Made by a program: the position numbers and the translations under genes
Notes under the pieces: model-generated
What the model saw: the letters and a program-made list of their open reading frames with translations, nothing else
What the model was told of the DNA's origin: nothing
The model's database searches: none
Virus record (IMG/VR): IMGVR_UViG_3300012667_000202
Coordinates: 1 to 37,503 of that record
Direction: 5' to 3' (one strand)
Source: a virus
Taxonomy: Duplodnaviria > Caudoviricetes
DNA length: 37,503 nt
Shown here: positions 1 to 8,340 of the stretch, one piece after another
How positions within the stretch are numbered: position 1 is the first letter of the stretch
How the letters are laid out: each line of letters opens with the position of its first letter

Positions 1-55
1 TGTTGATTTGTTAGATTCTTATGATTTTACAGTAGAGGAGTTTAAAAGCCTATGA
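1..55. repeat. Exact 55-nt direct repeat, copy 1 (circularity/assembly overlap)
   Basis: Identical to 37183-37237; sequences diverge at the next base (A vs G). Confidence 0.95.
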
Positions 56-423
56 AAAACACAGAGCTAGTCTATAATGTCTTACTATGTAAGCCACAAA
101 CAAACCAAGAGATATGGCAGGCTCTTGATGGTGTGCTGACTCAAATAGAGGTCAATTCAGCCGTTCACAATCTTAAGCGGAAAAAGCTAATACAAGTCAT
201 TGGAAAGGTCACAGAGCAAGCTAAAAACACCACTTCCAGACGCAATATCTATATCTATGAGGCTATACCAATGCCAGAGGCTACAAAGCGAGCTAAGAGG
301 CAGAGATTACGCAAGGTGGACTTGACTAAGAAAAAGCCTATGGCAGTATTTAAACAATTGATTATTGATACAAACCCTCAGTTTTTGCTCTACTCTAAAG
401 AATTAGGGGTTCGCTATGGATAA
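52..423 (+). CDS. Putative winged-helix DNA-binding protein (variant A)
   Basis: 123 aa; wHTH-like pattern T.QEI..AL...VNSAVHNLKRKKLIQVIG...IYIY, basic C-terminus; GAGGAG RBS. Confidence 0.6.
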   Translation: MKNTELVYNVLLCKPQTNQEIWQALDGVLTQIEVNSAVHNLKRKKLIQVIGKVTEQAKNTTSRRNIYIYEAIPMPEATKRAKRQRLRKVDLTKKKPMAVFKQLIIDTNPQFLLYSKELGVRYG

Positions 424-583
424 GACTGAATTATTACAGCGTAGTTTGTATTCAATCGCTAAATATGACTGTGAAACTAAGGATTATTTGCGATACAATC
501 AGCTCTTATGGTCTAATATTCAGGGCTTAGATGATGAAGCCATTAAAGAAGCATTGATACAGTTAACGGAAGCTAGTCTATAA
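416..583 (+). CDS. Hypothetical protein, 55 aa (MDKTELLQRS...)
   Basis: Read manually; AGGGGT RBS, overlaps upstream stop. Confidence 0.65.
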   Translation: MDKTELLQRSLYSIAKYDCETKDYLRYNQLLWSNIQGLDDEAIKEALIQLTEASL

Positions 584-682
584 TGGGTCTAAAACGCTCT
601 AAATCGCTCTGTATTGGGTGTAAATGGGCGAGTTAATGGGTGTGCTTAGGTAGTATAATTTAAATTGATTCTAGGAGCTATT

Positions 683-862
683 TTGAACACTTTAGTAAAA
701 TATGAAACTATAGAAACTTCTTATTATGAATACTTATGGGATGTTGTCCCAGAGTTGATGCACAATAAGGACAAAGTTATAGAGATGATGGAAGATGGGT
801 ATCTACTTGATGACTATCTTGATTCTATTGGTCTTGAGTTTGATGACATTGATTTTAGCTAA
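683..862 (+). CDS. Small acidic hypothetical protein
   Basis: ORF track 665..862; AGGAG RBS favours TTG start at 683; D/E-rich. Confidence 0.6.
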   Translation: MNTLVKYETIETSYYEYLWDVVPELMHNKDKVIEMMEDGYLLDDYLDSIGLEFDDIDFS

Positions 863-871
863 GGAGATGCT

Positions 872-1120
872 ATGAGATGCACTTGTTGCAACGCAACATT
901 GACTGATTATGAGGTGACTTTGCGTCATGCAGTATCTAAACAGTTTATTGAGATGTGTTCTTTATGTCTTAAAGACACAGAGATACCTTTACAGGTTCGT
1001 AGTGACTTGTTGTCTGAAGTGGACTTAGATATGGTAGAAACTCTGTTAGACGGTGACGATGCTGAATTCTACGAAGAGCCTGAAGATGACTACTACAAAG
1101 ACATTTGGGATGAACGATGA
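872..1120 (+). CDS. Zn-finger protein with acidic tail
   Basis: CTCC...CSLC, AAGGAG RBS, D/E-rich C-terminus. Confidence 0.75.
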   Translation: MRCTCCNATLTDYEVTLRHAVSKQFIEMCSLCLKDTEIPLQVRSDLLSEVDLDMVETLLDGDDAEFYEEPEDDYYKDIWDER

Positions 1121-1129
1121 ACACTTCAG

Positions 1130-1215
1130 CCCATTACAGTCTATATAGACCTATGATGACACTCTTTAGAGAAACCACTACATCAAGAAACAATCTAAAG
1201 ATAGAACTATGTCGT
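1130..1215 (-). ncRNA. Candidate trans-acting sRNA antisense to the late leader (3' end uncertain)
   Basis: Lies directly downstream of a perfect leftward promoter, has no credible ORF and carries the 24-nt complement of the terS leader. Confidence 0.45.
1182..1205. repeat. 24-bp repeat, inverted copy of 34055-34078
   Basis: ATCAAGAAACAATCTAAAGATAGA vs reverse complement ATCAAGAAACAATCTAACGATAGA (23/24). Confidence 0.9.
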
Positions 1216-1221
1216 AAGAGC

Positions 1222-1250
1222 ATTATACACAGAGTTGTAAATGTTGTCAA
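1222..1250 (-). promoter_or_regulatory. Perfect-consensus sigma70 promoter, leftward
   Basis: TTGACA-17 nt-TATAAT on the minus strand. Confidence 0.85.
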
Positions 1251-1273
1251 GAACTTTATTTTGTCTAAACCTA

Positions 1274-1303
1274 TTGACTTTTTGTTCTTGTTTAATTTAC
1301 ATT
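1274..1303 (+). promoter_or_regulatory. sigma70 promoter for the replication operon
   Basis: TTGACT-18 nt-TACATT upstream of AAGGAG RBS; divergent from 1222-1250. Confidence 0.65.
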
Positions 1304-1325
1304 GTCTTAACACAAAGGAGTAATT

Positions 1326-1490
1326 ATGATTCAATTTATGGAAATGACACCACAAGAAGCTAAAGAAGCACACAATCACTTCATACTTCATGACATGGCA
1401 GACCTATGTATCAGCCAAGGTATTGAACCGACATTAGAAGAATTGATTGATTTGATTAACAGTAAACTAGATAACTTAGAGCCTGTATGA
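1326..1490 (+). CDS. Hypothetical protein, 54 aa (MIQFMEMTPQ...)
   Basis: Read manually; AAGGAG RBS; ATGA coupling to next gene. Confidence 0.75.
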   Translation: MIQFMEMTPQEAKEAHNHFILHDMADLCISQGIEPTLEELIDLINSKLDNLEPV

Positions 1491-1720
1491 AAGAGATTCT
1501 TGTTCTTCTTGGCTTTGTCGTGACCTTCATGGGTGGCTTTGCTTACGGTTCTATGGCTAGTTATGTTGATAAGATGACACATTGCACTAGCTATACAGGT
1601 ATTAATCAGGTGAGATGGATTGGTTATCGTGCAATCTCTGACGATTACGACAGACGATGCTTTTGGTTAGAAGATAGATTCCCTTACAGGATTAAACAAG
1701 GAATAGAGGTGAACAGATGA
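1487..1720 (+). CDS. Hypothetical membrane-anchored protein
   Basis: Hydrophobic N-terminus; ATGA overlaps on both sides. Confidence 0.75.
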   Translation: MKEILVLLGFVVTFMGGFAYGSMASYVDKMTHCTSYTGINQVRWIGYRAISDDYDRRCFWLEDRFPYRIKQGIEVNR

Positions 1721-1896
1721 TGGATGAAGCAACTAAACTAAAGATTGCACAGGCAGATAAGATACTTGCCAAGATTAAAGATGATGGGCTTGATGCTCAC
1801 TTCTTCCTGTGTTGGGAAGCCTTGGAATACTTCCTATACGATGTCTTGCAAGATGAAGACTTTGAAAGACTTAAAAGAAAGTTTAATGTTAAATGA
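1717..1896 (+). CDS. Hypothetical protein, 59 aa (MMDEATKLKI...)
   Basis: Read manually; GAGGT RBS; ATGA coupling to primase. Confidence 0.7.
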   Translation: MMDEATKLKIAQADKILAKIKDDGLDAHFFLCWEALEYFLYDVLQDEDFERLKRKFNVK

Positions 1897-3491
1897 CTAA
1901 ATCTAACTTTTTAAAACATACCAATTGTGACAACTGCGGTTCGTCCAATGCCAATAGCTTGTATGACGATGGACACACCTATTGTTTTGTCTGTGAAACA
2001 TACAAGAATGAAGATGGCTCTATTGAGCTTAACAAGAAAGAAACTAAACCTATGAACAAGGACTTGAAATTTTATGACAATGCTTCTACTAATGCTATCG
2101 CTAATCGTGGTATTTCTCAGACTACTTGCCTAACCTATGGTGTGAAGCAAGACCCACATGGCAATAAGCATTACTATCCATACTTTGATGCTGATGGTGT
2201 GATGGTGGCGATTAAGACTAGAGATGTGCCAACAAAGAACTTCTCTATCTCAGGTGAGTTCAAAGATGCTACTTTGTTTGGTCAGCAGTTGTTTGCTAAA
2301 GGTGGTAGAACTCTGACTATTTGTGAAGGTGAAGCAGATGCCCTGGCAAGCTATCAGATGCAAGGCTCTAAGTATGCGGTTGTTAGTATCCGCAACGGTG
2401 CAGCAGCAGCTCTGAAAGACTGCAAAGCTAACTTTGAATACATTGATAGTTTTGAAACTGTAGTGCTTGACTTTGATGCTGATGAAGCTGGACGAAAAGC
2501 AGCTCAGTCAGTAGCTGAGTTGTTTGGTGGTAAAGTAAAAGTGTTAAAACACAGAAAGGACTTTAAAGATGCTTGCGATTACCTTAAGGCTGGTTCTGCT
2601 AAAGAATATGTTGATGCTTGGTGGGGTGCTGAGTGTTATATCCCTGATGGAATTATTCAAGGTAACTCACTCTGGGAAGTCGTATCAACACCTATTGAGA
2701 AGGCTGATTGTGACTATCCATATGAAGCACTTAATAAACTCACCTATGGCATCAGAAAAGGCGAGTTGGTCATGGTCACTGCAGGAAGTGGTCTTGGGAA
2801 GTCGCAGTTTCTCCGTGAAATTGTTTGGCACATACTTAACAAAACAAATGACAACATCGGACTTATGTTTCTTGAGGAAGGTGTCCGCAAGACAGCTCGT
2901 TCCCTCATGTCTTTGGCAGTTAATAAACCGATTCATTTACCCGATGTGGAAATAACAGAAGAGGAACTAAAGAATGCTTTTGATAGAACACTTGGAACTG
3001 ATAGGCTATATCTTTTTGACCATTTTGGCTCTAGTAGTCTTGACAATATCGTTAATAGAGTGAGATACATGGCTAAGGGCTTGAACTGTGGCTATGTCTT
3101 CCTTGACCACATCTCTATCATCGTATCAGGCGGTGATGTCGGTGATGAGCGTAAAGCCTTAGATGCGATTATGACTCGCTTGCGTATGCTAGTGCAAGAA
3201 ACAGGTATCAGCTTAGTCTGCGTATCGCACCTAAAGCGTCCAGAGTCTAAAGGACATGAAGACGGAGCAGCGACATCATTGGCACAGTTGAGGGGAAGTG
3301 GGTCAATTGCTCAACTAAGTGACATTGTGATAGGATTGGAAAGAAATGGACAGGCAGAAGACCACATTGAGCGTAACACCACTCATGTCAGGGTGCTAAA
3401 GAATCGCTTTAGCGGTTACACTGGCGGTGCAGGTCATTTACTGTATAATGGTGGGACTGGAAGAATGTTGGAGATAATTGATGAGCTATAA
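1893..3491 (+). CDS. T7 gp4-like DNA primase-helicase
   Basis: N-terminal Zn-binding CDNC...CFVC, TOPRIM EGEADA and DFDAD, Walker A AGSGLGKS, FLDHISI, LRGSGSIAQLSD, KNRF. Confidence 0.97.
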   Translation: MTKSNFLKHTNCDNCGSSNANSLYDDGHTYCFVCETYKNEDGSIELNKKETKPMNKDLKFYDNASTNAIANRGISQTTCLTYGVKQDPHGNKHYYPYFDADGVMVAIKTRDVPTKNFSISGEFKDATLFGQQLFAKGGRTLTICEGEADALASYQMQGSKYAVVSIRNGAAAALKDCKANFEYIDSFETVVLDFDADEAGRKAAQSVAELFGGKVKVLKHRKDFKDACDYLKAGSAKEYVDAWWGAECYIPDGIIQGNSLWEVVSTPIEKADCDYPYEALNKLTYGIRKGELVMVTAGSGLGKSQFLREIVWHILNKTNDNIGLMFLEEGVRKTARSLMSLAVNKPIHLPDVEITEEELKNAFDRTLGTDRLYLFDHFGSSSLDNIVNRVRYMAKGLNCGYVFLDHISIIVSGGDVGDERKALDAIMTRLRMLVQETGISLVCVSHLKRPESKGHEDGAATSLAQLRGSGSIAQLSDIVIGLERNGQAEDHIERNTTHVRVLKNRFSGYTGGAGHLLYNGGTGRMLEIIDEL

Positions 3492-3819
3492 ACAGAAACA
3501 AGATTTACTAGATGCAGCTAGGGAGTATGCGAAGCACGATGAATACAGTGTGACTCGCAACTACATCTTGGCATTGTGTAACGAGATTGAGCGTCTCAGA
3601 AACCTCAACAGAGATGTGCTTAGTCGCATTCAGGACAATCGTGAGATGTTTGAAGATGCTGAACGCTATCACTGGTTGAAGACTAACTCCTGGGACTTAC
3701 CTGAGAATGTGATTGCACCGACTGTGATTGCTTGTGATGGTCGTGGCAACAATTGGGAATGGCTCACAGGCATCATGCTTGATGAAGCTATTGATAAATT
3801 TAGGAAGGAAGAGAAATGA
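3478..3819 (+). CDS. Hypothetical protein (DAERYxWL motif, Ead/Ea22-like)
   Basis: L.NEIERLR, DAERYHWLK, LDEAID motifs common in proteobacterial phages. Confidence 0.7.
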   Translation: MMSYKQKQDLLDAAREYAKHDEYSVTRNYILALCNEIERLRNLNRDVLSRIQDNREMFEDAERYHWLKTNSWDLPENVIAPTVIACDGRGNNWEWLTGIMLDEAIDKFRKEEK

Positions 3820-4010
3820 TTAACGAACACGACATTGCTGATATGTGTCAGCTAGACAAACTCCATGAAGGAGATAAGTTTACTGTGTCAGATGATGATA
3901 AGAACCTAGTGTTCAAAGTAAGAAACACTTATAACGACTTTGTGTTCTGCTACGATGCACAAGGGTTTGTCCACAAGTTTGCTAAATGGGTTAAGGTGAA
4001 AAAGGTATGA
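3816..4010 (+). CDS. Hypothetical protein
   Basis: Coupled ORF with AAGGA RBS. Confidence 0.7.
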   Translation: MINEHDIADMCQLDKLHEGDKFTVSDDDKNLVFKVRNTYNDFVFCYDAQGFVHKFAKWVKVKKV

Positions 4011-4240
4011 ACATCGTCACAATCAACAACAAGCATTACAACTTAAGTTCCATTGTTAAGATTCACGACAGACAAGTATTCTTCAACGATGGTAAGTCAG
4101 AGATATTCACAGAGCCTGAGCTACAAGAACTGTTTGCTTGGATATTTAACGAACCAAGGATAGAGAATGTTAAAGTGGACAGCAACGATACTGTGCCTAC
4201 TAGGAATCGCACTAACAAGCCTAAACGAGTATCCAAGTAA
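4007..4240 (+). CDS. Hypothetical protein
   Basis: Coupled ORF (ATGA). Confidence 0.65.
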   Translation: MNIVTINNKHYNLSSIVKIHDRQVFFNDGKSEIFTEPELQELFAWIFNEPRIENVKVDSNDTVPTRNRTNKPKRVSK

Positions 4241-4373
4241 TCTTTGGTTTGGTTTAGTCGGTAGCGGTCTGTGGGCTTACGCAGGGATACGACAAAAGGA
4301 TATGGCTTTGTTTGTCGTTGAAGCGGTGGCTGTTGGAATGTATTTAATGGGGTTGATTCATGTCTCTACATAA
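4167..4373 (+). CDS. Small 3-TM membrane protein (PnuC/SemiSWEET-like half)
   Basis: Three hydrophobic segments; KW.AT...G..LTS.N.YP.N pattern. Confidence 0.65.
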   Translation: MLKWTATILCLLGIALTSLNEYPSNLWFGLVGSGLWAYAGIRQKDMALFVVEAVAVGMYLMGLIHVST

Positions 4374-4737
4374 CAATGATAAACGATTTGATTTGGACTT
4401 AGCTTATGGACAAGTGTTTGAACAAAAGGTTGCAGAGATTCTCGGACAAAGTAAGATTGAAGTTAAAACAGAGAAAGACAAGTGGAAGGCGACAGGCAAC
4501 ATCGTCATTGAATACGAGTCCAGAAATAAGCCCTCTGGAATTGTTACTACTGATGCTGATTACTGGCTGCACAATCTTGCTATGGGCGACAGCCTTGTCT
4601 TATCTCTTCTCCTCAAAGTAAGCACATTGCGACAATATATTGCAACGCACAATCCACGGTCAGTTCGTGGCGGTGATGACATGACTTCTAAACTCTACTT
4701 GATTAAACTGACAGACTTGGTTACACTCATCTCATGA
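4360..4737 (+). CDS. PD-(D/E)XK-fold nuclease-like protein
   Basis: IEVKTE...W..TGNIVIEY...SGI..T.ADYW. Confidence 0.75.
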   Translation: MSLHNNDKRFDLDLAYGQVFEQKVAEILGQSKIEVKTEKDKWKATGNIVIEYESRNKPSGIVTTDADYWLHNLAMGDSLVLSLLLKVSTLRQYIATHNPRSVRGGDDMTSKLYLIKLTDLVTLIS

Positions 4738-6437
4738 AGATAGTTTTAGACATAGAAACCAACAGTGACTCATCAAAGATATGGTGTGTGTTCTGTCGTG
4801 ACTTAGACACTGACATTGTTTCAATGTTTGTTAAACCGAACAATCTACAAGCATACTTAGACTCAGTTGAAAAAATCATTGCACACAACGGTATCTTCTT
4901 TGATTTCCCTGTGCTAAAGAAAGTATGGGGAATCACTGTTAAGAAGTCACAGGTTGTTGACACTCTGGTTCTTGCTAGGTTGTATGACCCTTCTATTGAA
5001 GGCGGACACAGCTTAGAAGCTTGGGGTGAGAGACTAGGACACCACAAAGCACCTTACAAACAGATTTGGTCTTGGATGACAGGAACATTCCTAGACAAGG
5101 ACAATGCTAATTTACCTTTTGATGAACCAGTAACATCGTTGTTGCACCACTACTGTGCTAGAGACACTTTGGTCACTGCACAACTTTATAAACATTTAGA
5201 TAAGGAAATGCAAAATGACTTCTCAGAACAGAGCAAAGAGCTTGAACACCAAGTCGCTATCATCATTGCGGAGCAAGAGCGAAATGGTTTTAAGTTGGAT
5301 GAAAAAGGAGCTTCGCAACTACTATGTAGTCTTAAGGCTAAGTTGGAGACTATTCAAGTTGAAATGCAAAGCATATTCCCTCCGAAAGTCCAGTCCAATA
5401 GAATCCATAAAACCACAGGCAAAGCCCTCGCAGACATCGTTGAACCCTTCAACCCAGGCAGTCGCAAGCAAATCGCAGAAAGGCTCATTGAAAAAGGATG
5501 GAAGCCCAAGAAGCACACGGAAAAAGGCTCAGTCATCGTTGACGAAACCACCCTTGAAGGCATCAACATCCCAGAAGCGAAAGCCATTGCAGAATACTTG
5601 ATGCTTCAGAAACGCATTGCACAGATTGAATCATGGATTGAAGCAGTAGAATCTGATGGTCGTGTGCATGGTCGTGTAATCACAAACGGTGCTGTGACAG
5701 GTCGCATGACTCATCACAGTCCTAACATGGCTCAGATTCCTAATAGCGGTGCTATCTATGGACCTGAATGTAGAAACTTATGGACAGTAGAGAAAGGCAA
5801 TAGTTTAGTTGGCATTGACGCTTCAGGTTTGGAGCTGAGGATGTTGGCTCACTATATGAATGACGATGAATATACGCATCAAGTTGTATCGGGCGATATA
5901 CACACAACGAACCAGAAGGCTGCAGGACTTGAAACGAGGAATCAAGCTAAAACATTTATCTATGCATTCCTCTATGGTGCAGGAAGTCCCAAAATCGGGG
6001 CGATTAGTGGAGGCGGTGCGAAGGAAGGACAATTGCTCATTGATAGGTTTCTACGCAACACACCGAAACTCAAGAGACTTCGTGAGAAGGTTAGTCGTAT
6101 CTACTCTGAAAAGGGATGGTTTCCAGGTCTTGACGGACGCAAGCTATTGGTTCGCTCGGAGCACTCGTCGCTCAACACGCTTTTGCAAGGTGCTGGTGCG
6201 ATAGTAATGAAGCAAGCTCTTGTCTTGTTGAAAAAAGAACTAACTCGTCAGAAGGTATGGCATGAGTTCAAAGTCAATGTCCACGATGAATGGCAGATTG
6301 AGTGTCGTGAAGCAGATGCTGATACAGTAGGACAACTAGGTAAAGAAGCTATCAAACAGGCAGGTATTGAACTTAAGATGCGATGCCCTCTTGACGGTGA
6401 GTATAATGTAGGCAAAACATGGAAGGACACCCACTAA
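4734..6437 (+). CDS. polA: DNA polymerase family A with 3'-5' exonuclease (Tyr762 type)
   Basis: ExoI LDIET, ExoII HNGIFFD, ExoIII YCARD, motif A DASGLELR, motif B RNQAKTFIYAFLYG, motif C VHDE. Confidence 0.97.
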   Translation: MKIVLDIETNSDSSKIWCVFCRDLDTDIVSMFVKPNNLQAYLDSVEKIIAHNGIFFDFPVLKKVWGITVKKSQVVDTLVLARLYDPSIEGGHSLEAWGERLGHHKAPYKQIWSWMTGTFLDKDNANLPFDEPVTSLLHHYCARDTLVTAQLYKHLDKEMQNDFSEQSKELEHQVAIIIAEQERNGFKLDEKGASQLLCSLKAKLETIQVEMQSIFPPKVQSNRIHKTTGKALADIVEPFNPGSRKQIAERLIEKGWKPKKHTEKGSVIVDETTLEGINIPEAKAIAEYLMLQKRIAQIESWIEAVESDGRVHGRVITNGAVTGRMTHHSPNMAQIPNSGAIYGPECRNLWTVEKGNSLVGIDASGLELRMLAHYMNDDEYTHQVVSGDIHTTNQKAAGLETRNQAKTFIYAFLYGAGSPKIGAISGGGAKEGQLLIDRFLRNTPKLKRLREKVSRIYSEKGWFPGLDGRKLLVRSEHSSLNTLLQGAGAIVMKQALVLLKKELTRQKVWHEFKVNVHDEWQIECREADADTVGQLGKEAIKQAGIELKMRCPLDGEYNVGKTWKDTH

Positions 6438-6646
6438 TGAAAGACGATGATTACGATTACGAAGATGAAGAGAATGTGCTTGGTGTCGTGTCGCTAATTG
6501 CCTATAAAAACGACACATATGTGATTAAAACTGACCTTGGTGCAGAAGACATGGTTCAGCTAGTAGTAGAAGTGGGGGATGATTTACTTGAAGGTGCTGT
6601 AGAAGGACTTGAAAGTATTTCACATCATGGAATCACAAAGCACTAA
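6437..6646 (+). CDS. Acidic hypothetical protein
   Basis: TAATG coupling to polymerase stop; AAGGA RBS. Confidence 0.7.
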   Translation: MKDDDYDYEDEENVLGVVSLIAYKNDTYVIKTDLGAEDMVQLVVEVGDDLLEGAVEGLESISHHGITKH

Positions 6647-6702
6647 CTTGTAGTATAATGACCTTGCAGTATTTCATAAACGCAGTATCTAAGGAGAATC
6701 AA

Positions 6703-7122
6703 ATGAGTGAAATTAAACCAGTAAAACTTAACGCTGAAATCAATTGGGCTTTCTTTGACAAAGTATCAGATATGTCAGGTAAGTATCAAGTAGACCTTTG
6801 CAATCTCAGCGACCAAGCTGTTAAGGGCTTAGAAGCAATCGGTGTTGCAGTGCGTCAGCGTGAAGATAAGCCTGAGAAAGGTTGGTTTGTTACTGTTAAA
6901 TCTAACAACCCTATCAAGCCTGTTGATGAGAAGGGTAATCACATTACCGCTATCGTTGCTAACGGTTCTAAAGCAACAGCATTGGTGTCTGCTTACGAGT
7001 GGACATGGAAGAACAAGTCAGGTATTTCACCTAGCTTGATGAAGATTATTATTACAGACCTTAAGGAATACAATCCTGATGGCGGTAGTTCAGCGGACGA
7101 CTCTGACGACGACATCCTGTAA
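6703..7122 (+). CDS. ssDNA-binding protein (T7 gp2.5-like)
   Basis: AAGGAG RBS before MSEIK; GKYQVDL and NGS motifs, acidic tail DDSDDDIL; position between pol and exonuclease. Confidence 0.8.
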   Translation: MSEIKPVKLNAEINWAFFDKVSDMSGKYQVDLCNLSDQAVKGLEAIGVAVRQREDKPEKGWFVTVKSNNPIKPVDEKGNHITAIVANGSKATALVSAYEWTWKNKSGISPSLMKIIITDLKEYNPDGGSSADDSDDDIL

Positions 7123-7802
7123 TGATAACGGCTCTCATTGACGCTGATTCATTGTGTTACGCTGTAGGGTTCTCATCTAACGATGTTGATGAAGCCCTAG
7201 CAGTGTCTCGCTTAGAAGCAACGATGGTTGAGCTTTGCATGGACATTCATTGCGATGACTATAAGGGATTCCTTACTGGTAAGGGTAACTTCCGAAATGA
7301 CTTAGCAAAGACTGTTCCATACAAAGGAACGAGACCAACTGAGAAGCCTGTGCACCTACAAGCCCTGAGAGACCACTTAGTGACCTCTTGGGGTTTTGTA
7401 GTTGTAGACGGTATAGAAGCTGATGATGCTGTAGGTATTGCAGCGTATGAGCTTGAAGAAGATGAATCTATCATGGTTCACATTGACAAGGACTTAAACC
7501 AGTTCCGAGGACATCACTACAACTATCGCAAGAAAGAGAAGTATTATGTCTCTGAGTTTGCAGGTTGGCATAGTTTCTATTTACAGATTCTAACTGGTGA
7601 TAGAGTTGACAACATTGAAGGACTGAAAGGTATCGGTCCTGCTAAAGGTGCTAAAATACTCAAGGACTGCACAACAGTAGAAGAACTCTATGATGCAGTG
7701 CTTAAAGCATACGAAGGTAATGCTGAACGAGTGTTAGAGAATGGACAATTGTTATACTTACAACGGAAAGAAGGAGATGTATGGCAGCCTCCCCAAAGAT
7801 AA
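7122..7802 (+). CDS. 5'-3' exonuclease (T7 gp6-like)
   Basis: IDADS, NFR, YKGTR, EADD, DKDL, H3TH motif GDRVDNIEGLKGIGPAKG. Confidence 0.93.
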   Translation: MITALIDADSLCYAVGFSSNDVDEALAVSRLEATMVELCMDIHCDDYKGFLTGKGNFRNDLAKTVPYKGTRPTEKPVHLQALRDHLVTSWGFVVVDGIEADDAVGIAAYELEEDESIMVHIDKDLNQFRGHHYNYRKKEKYYVSEFAGWHSFYLQILTGDRVDNIEGLKGIGPAKGAKILKDCTTVEELYDAVLKAYEGNAERVLENGQLLYLQRKEGDVWQPPQR

Positions 7803-8101
7803 TCCAAGTATCCTGGATTGATGCTGTGGCTGATGTTGGTTGGGAATCAAAGACTAAAGCTGAGATTCATCACTGCATCACTGTAGGATATTTGATTGAT
7901 GAAACAGACGAAGCACTATGTCTAGCATCAACATGGTCTATTGACCAAACCAATGCAAGAATGCACATTCCTAAAGCATGGATTAAGAACAGAAAGGTAT
8001 TATCACATGAAAACCCAGTCAGCAAAAGCCAAGGGAAGAAACCTACAAAAGTGGGTCGTAAAGCAACTGTTAGAAAGGTATCCACAGTTAACAGAGCTTG
8101 A
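7781..8101 (+). CDS. Conserved phage hypothetical protein
   Basis: V.WIDA...W, C.TVGYL, IPKAWI pattern; AAGGAG RBS. Confidence 0.75.
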   Translation: MAASPKIIQVSWIDAVADVGWESKTKAEIHHCITVGYLIDETDEALCLASTWSIDQTNARMHIPKAWIKNRKVLSHENPVSKSQGKKPTKVGRKATVRKVSTVNRA

Positions 8102-8339
8102 CCTACGCAGCTGTCCGATGGGTTCTCACGGTGAAGATGTCGTGATGTCTCAAGCAGCTAAAGAAGCAATCCCTGCAGTGTTTGAGTGCAAGTCACTAGC
8201 CAAGGTAGCTGTGTATAACTACTACGAACAAGCTAAGTCTCACGGCAAGTATGAACCGATTGTTATCATCAAACAGAACGGCTGTAAGCCACTGGCAGTG
8301 ATTGACGCTGAGATTTTATTTGATATGATGGCAGGGTAA
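8007..8339 (+). CDS. Holliday junction resolvase-like endonuclease
   Basis: SAKAKGR.LQ, G..GED, ECK, PD-(D/E)XK pattern; AAGGT RBS supports start at 8007. Confidence 0.8.
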   Translation: MKTQSAKAKGRNLQKWVVKQLLERYPQLTELDLRSCPMGSHGEDVVMSQAAKEAIPAVFECKSLAKVAVYNYYEQAKSHGKYEPIVIIKQNGCKPLAVIDAEILFDMMAG

Positions 8340-8340
8340 T

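Noticed and set aside
1-55. 55-nt repeat as a biological terminal repeat or att site
   Set aside because: It lies inside a gene end, its length equals a common assembler k-mer, and no integrase is present
1117-1391. ORFs 1117..1323 (+) and 1134..1391 (-)
   Set aside because: They span the divergent promoters, lack convincing protein features, and the minus ORF overlaps a well-supported + gene at 1326
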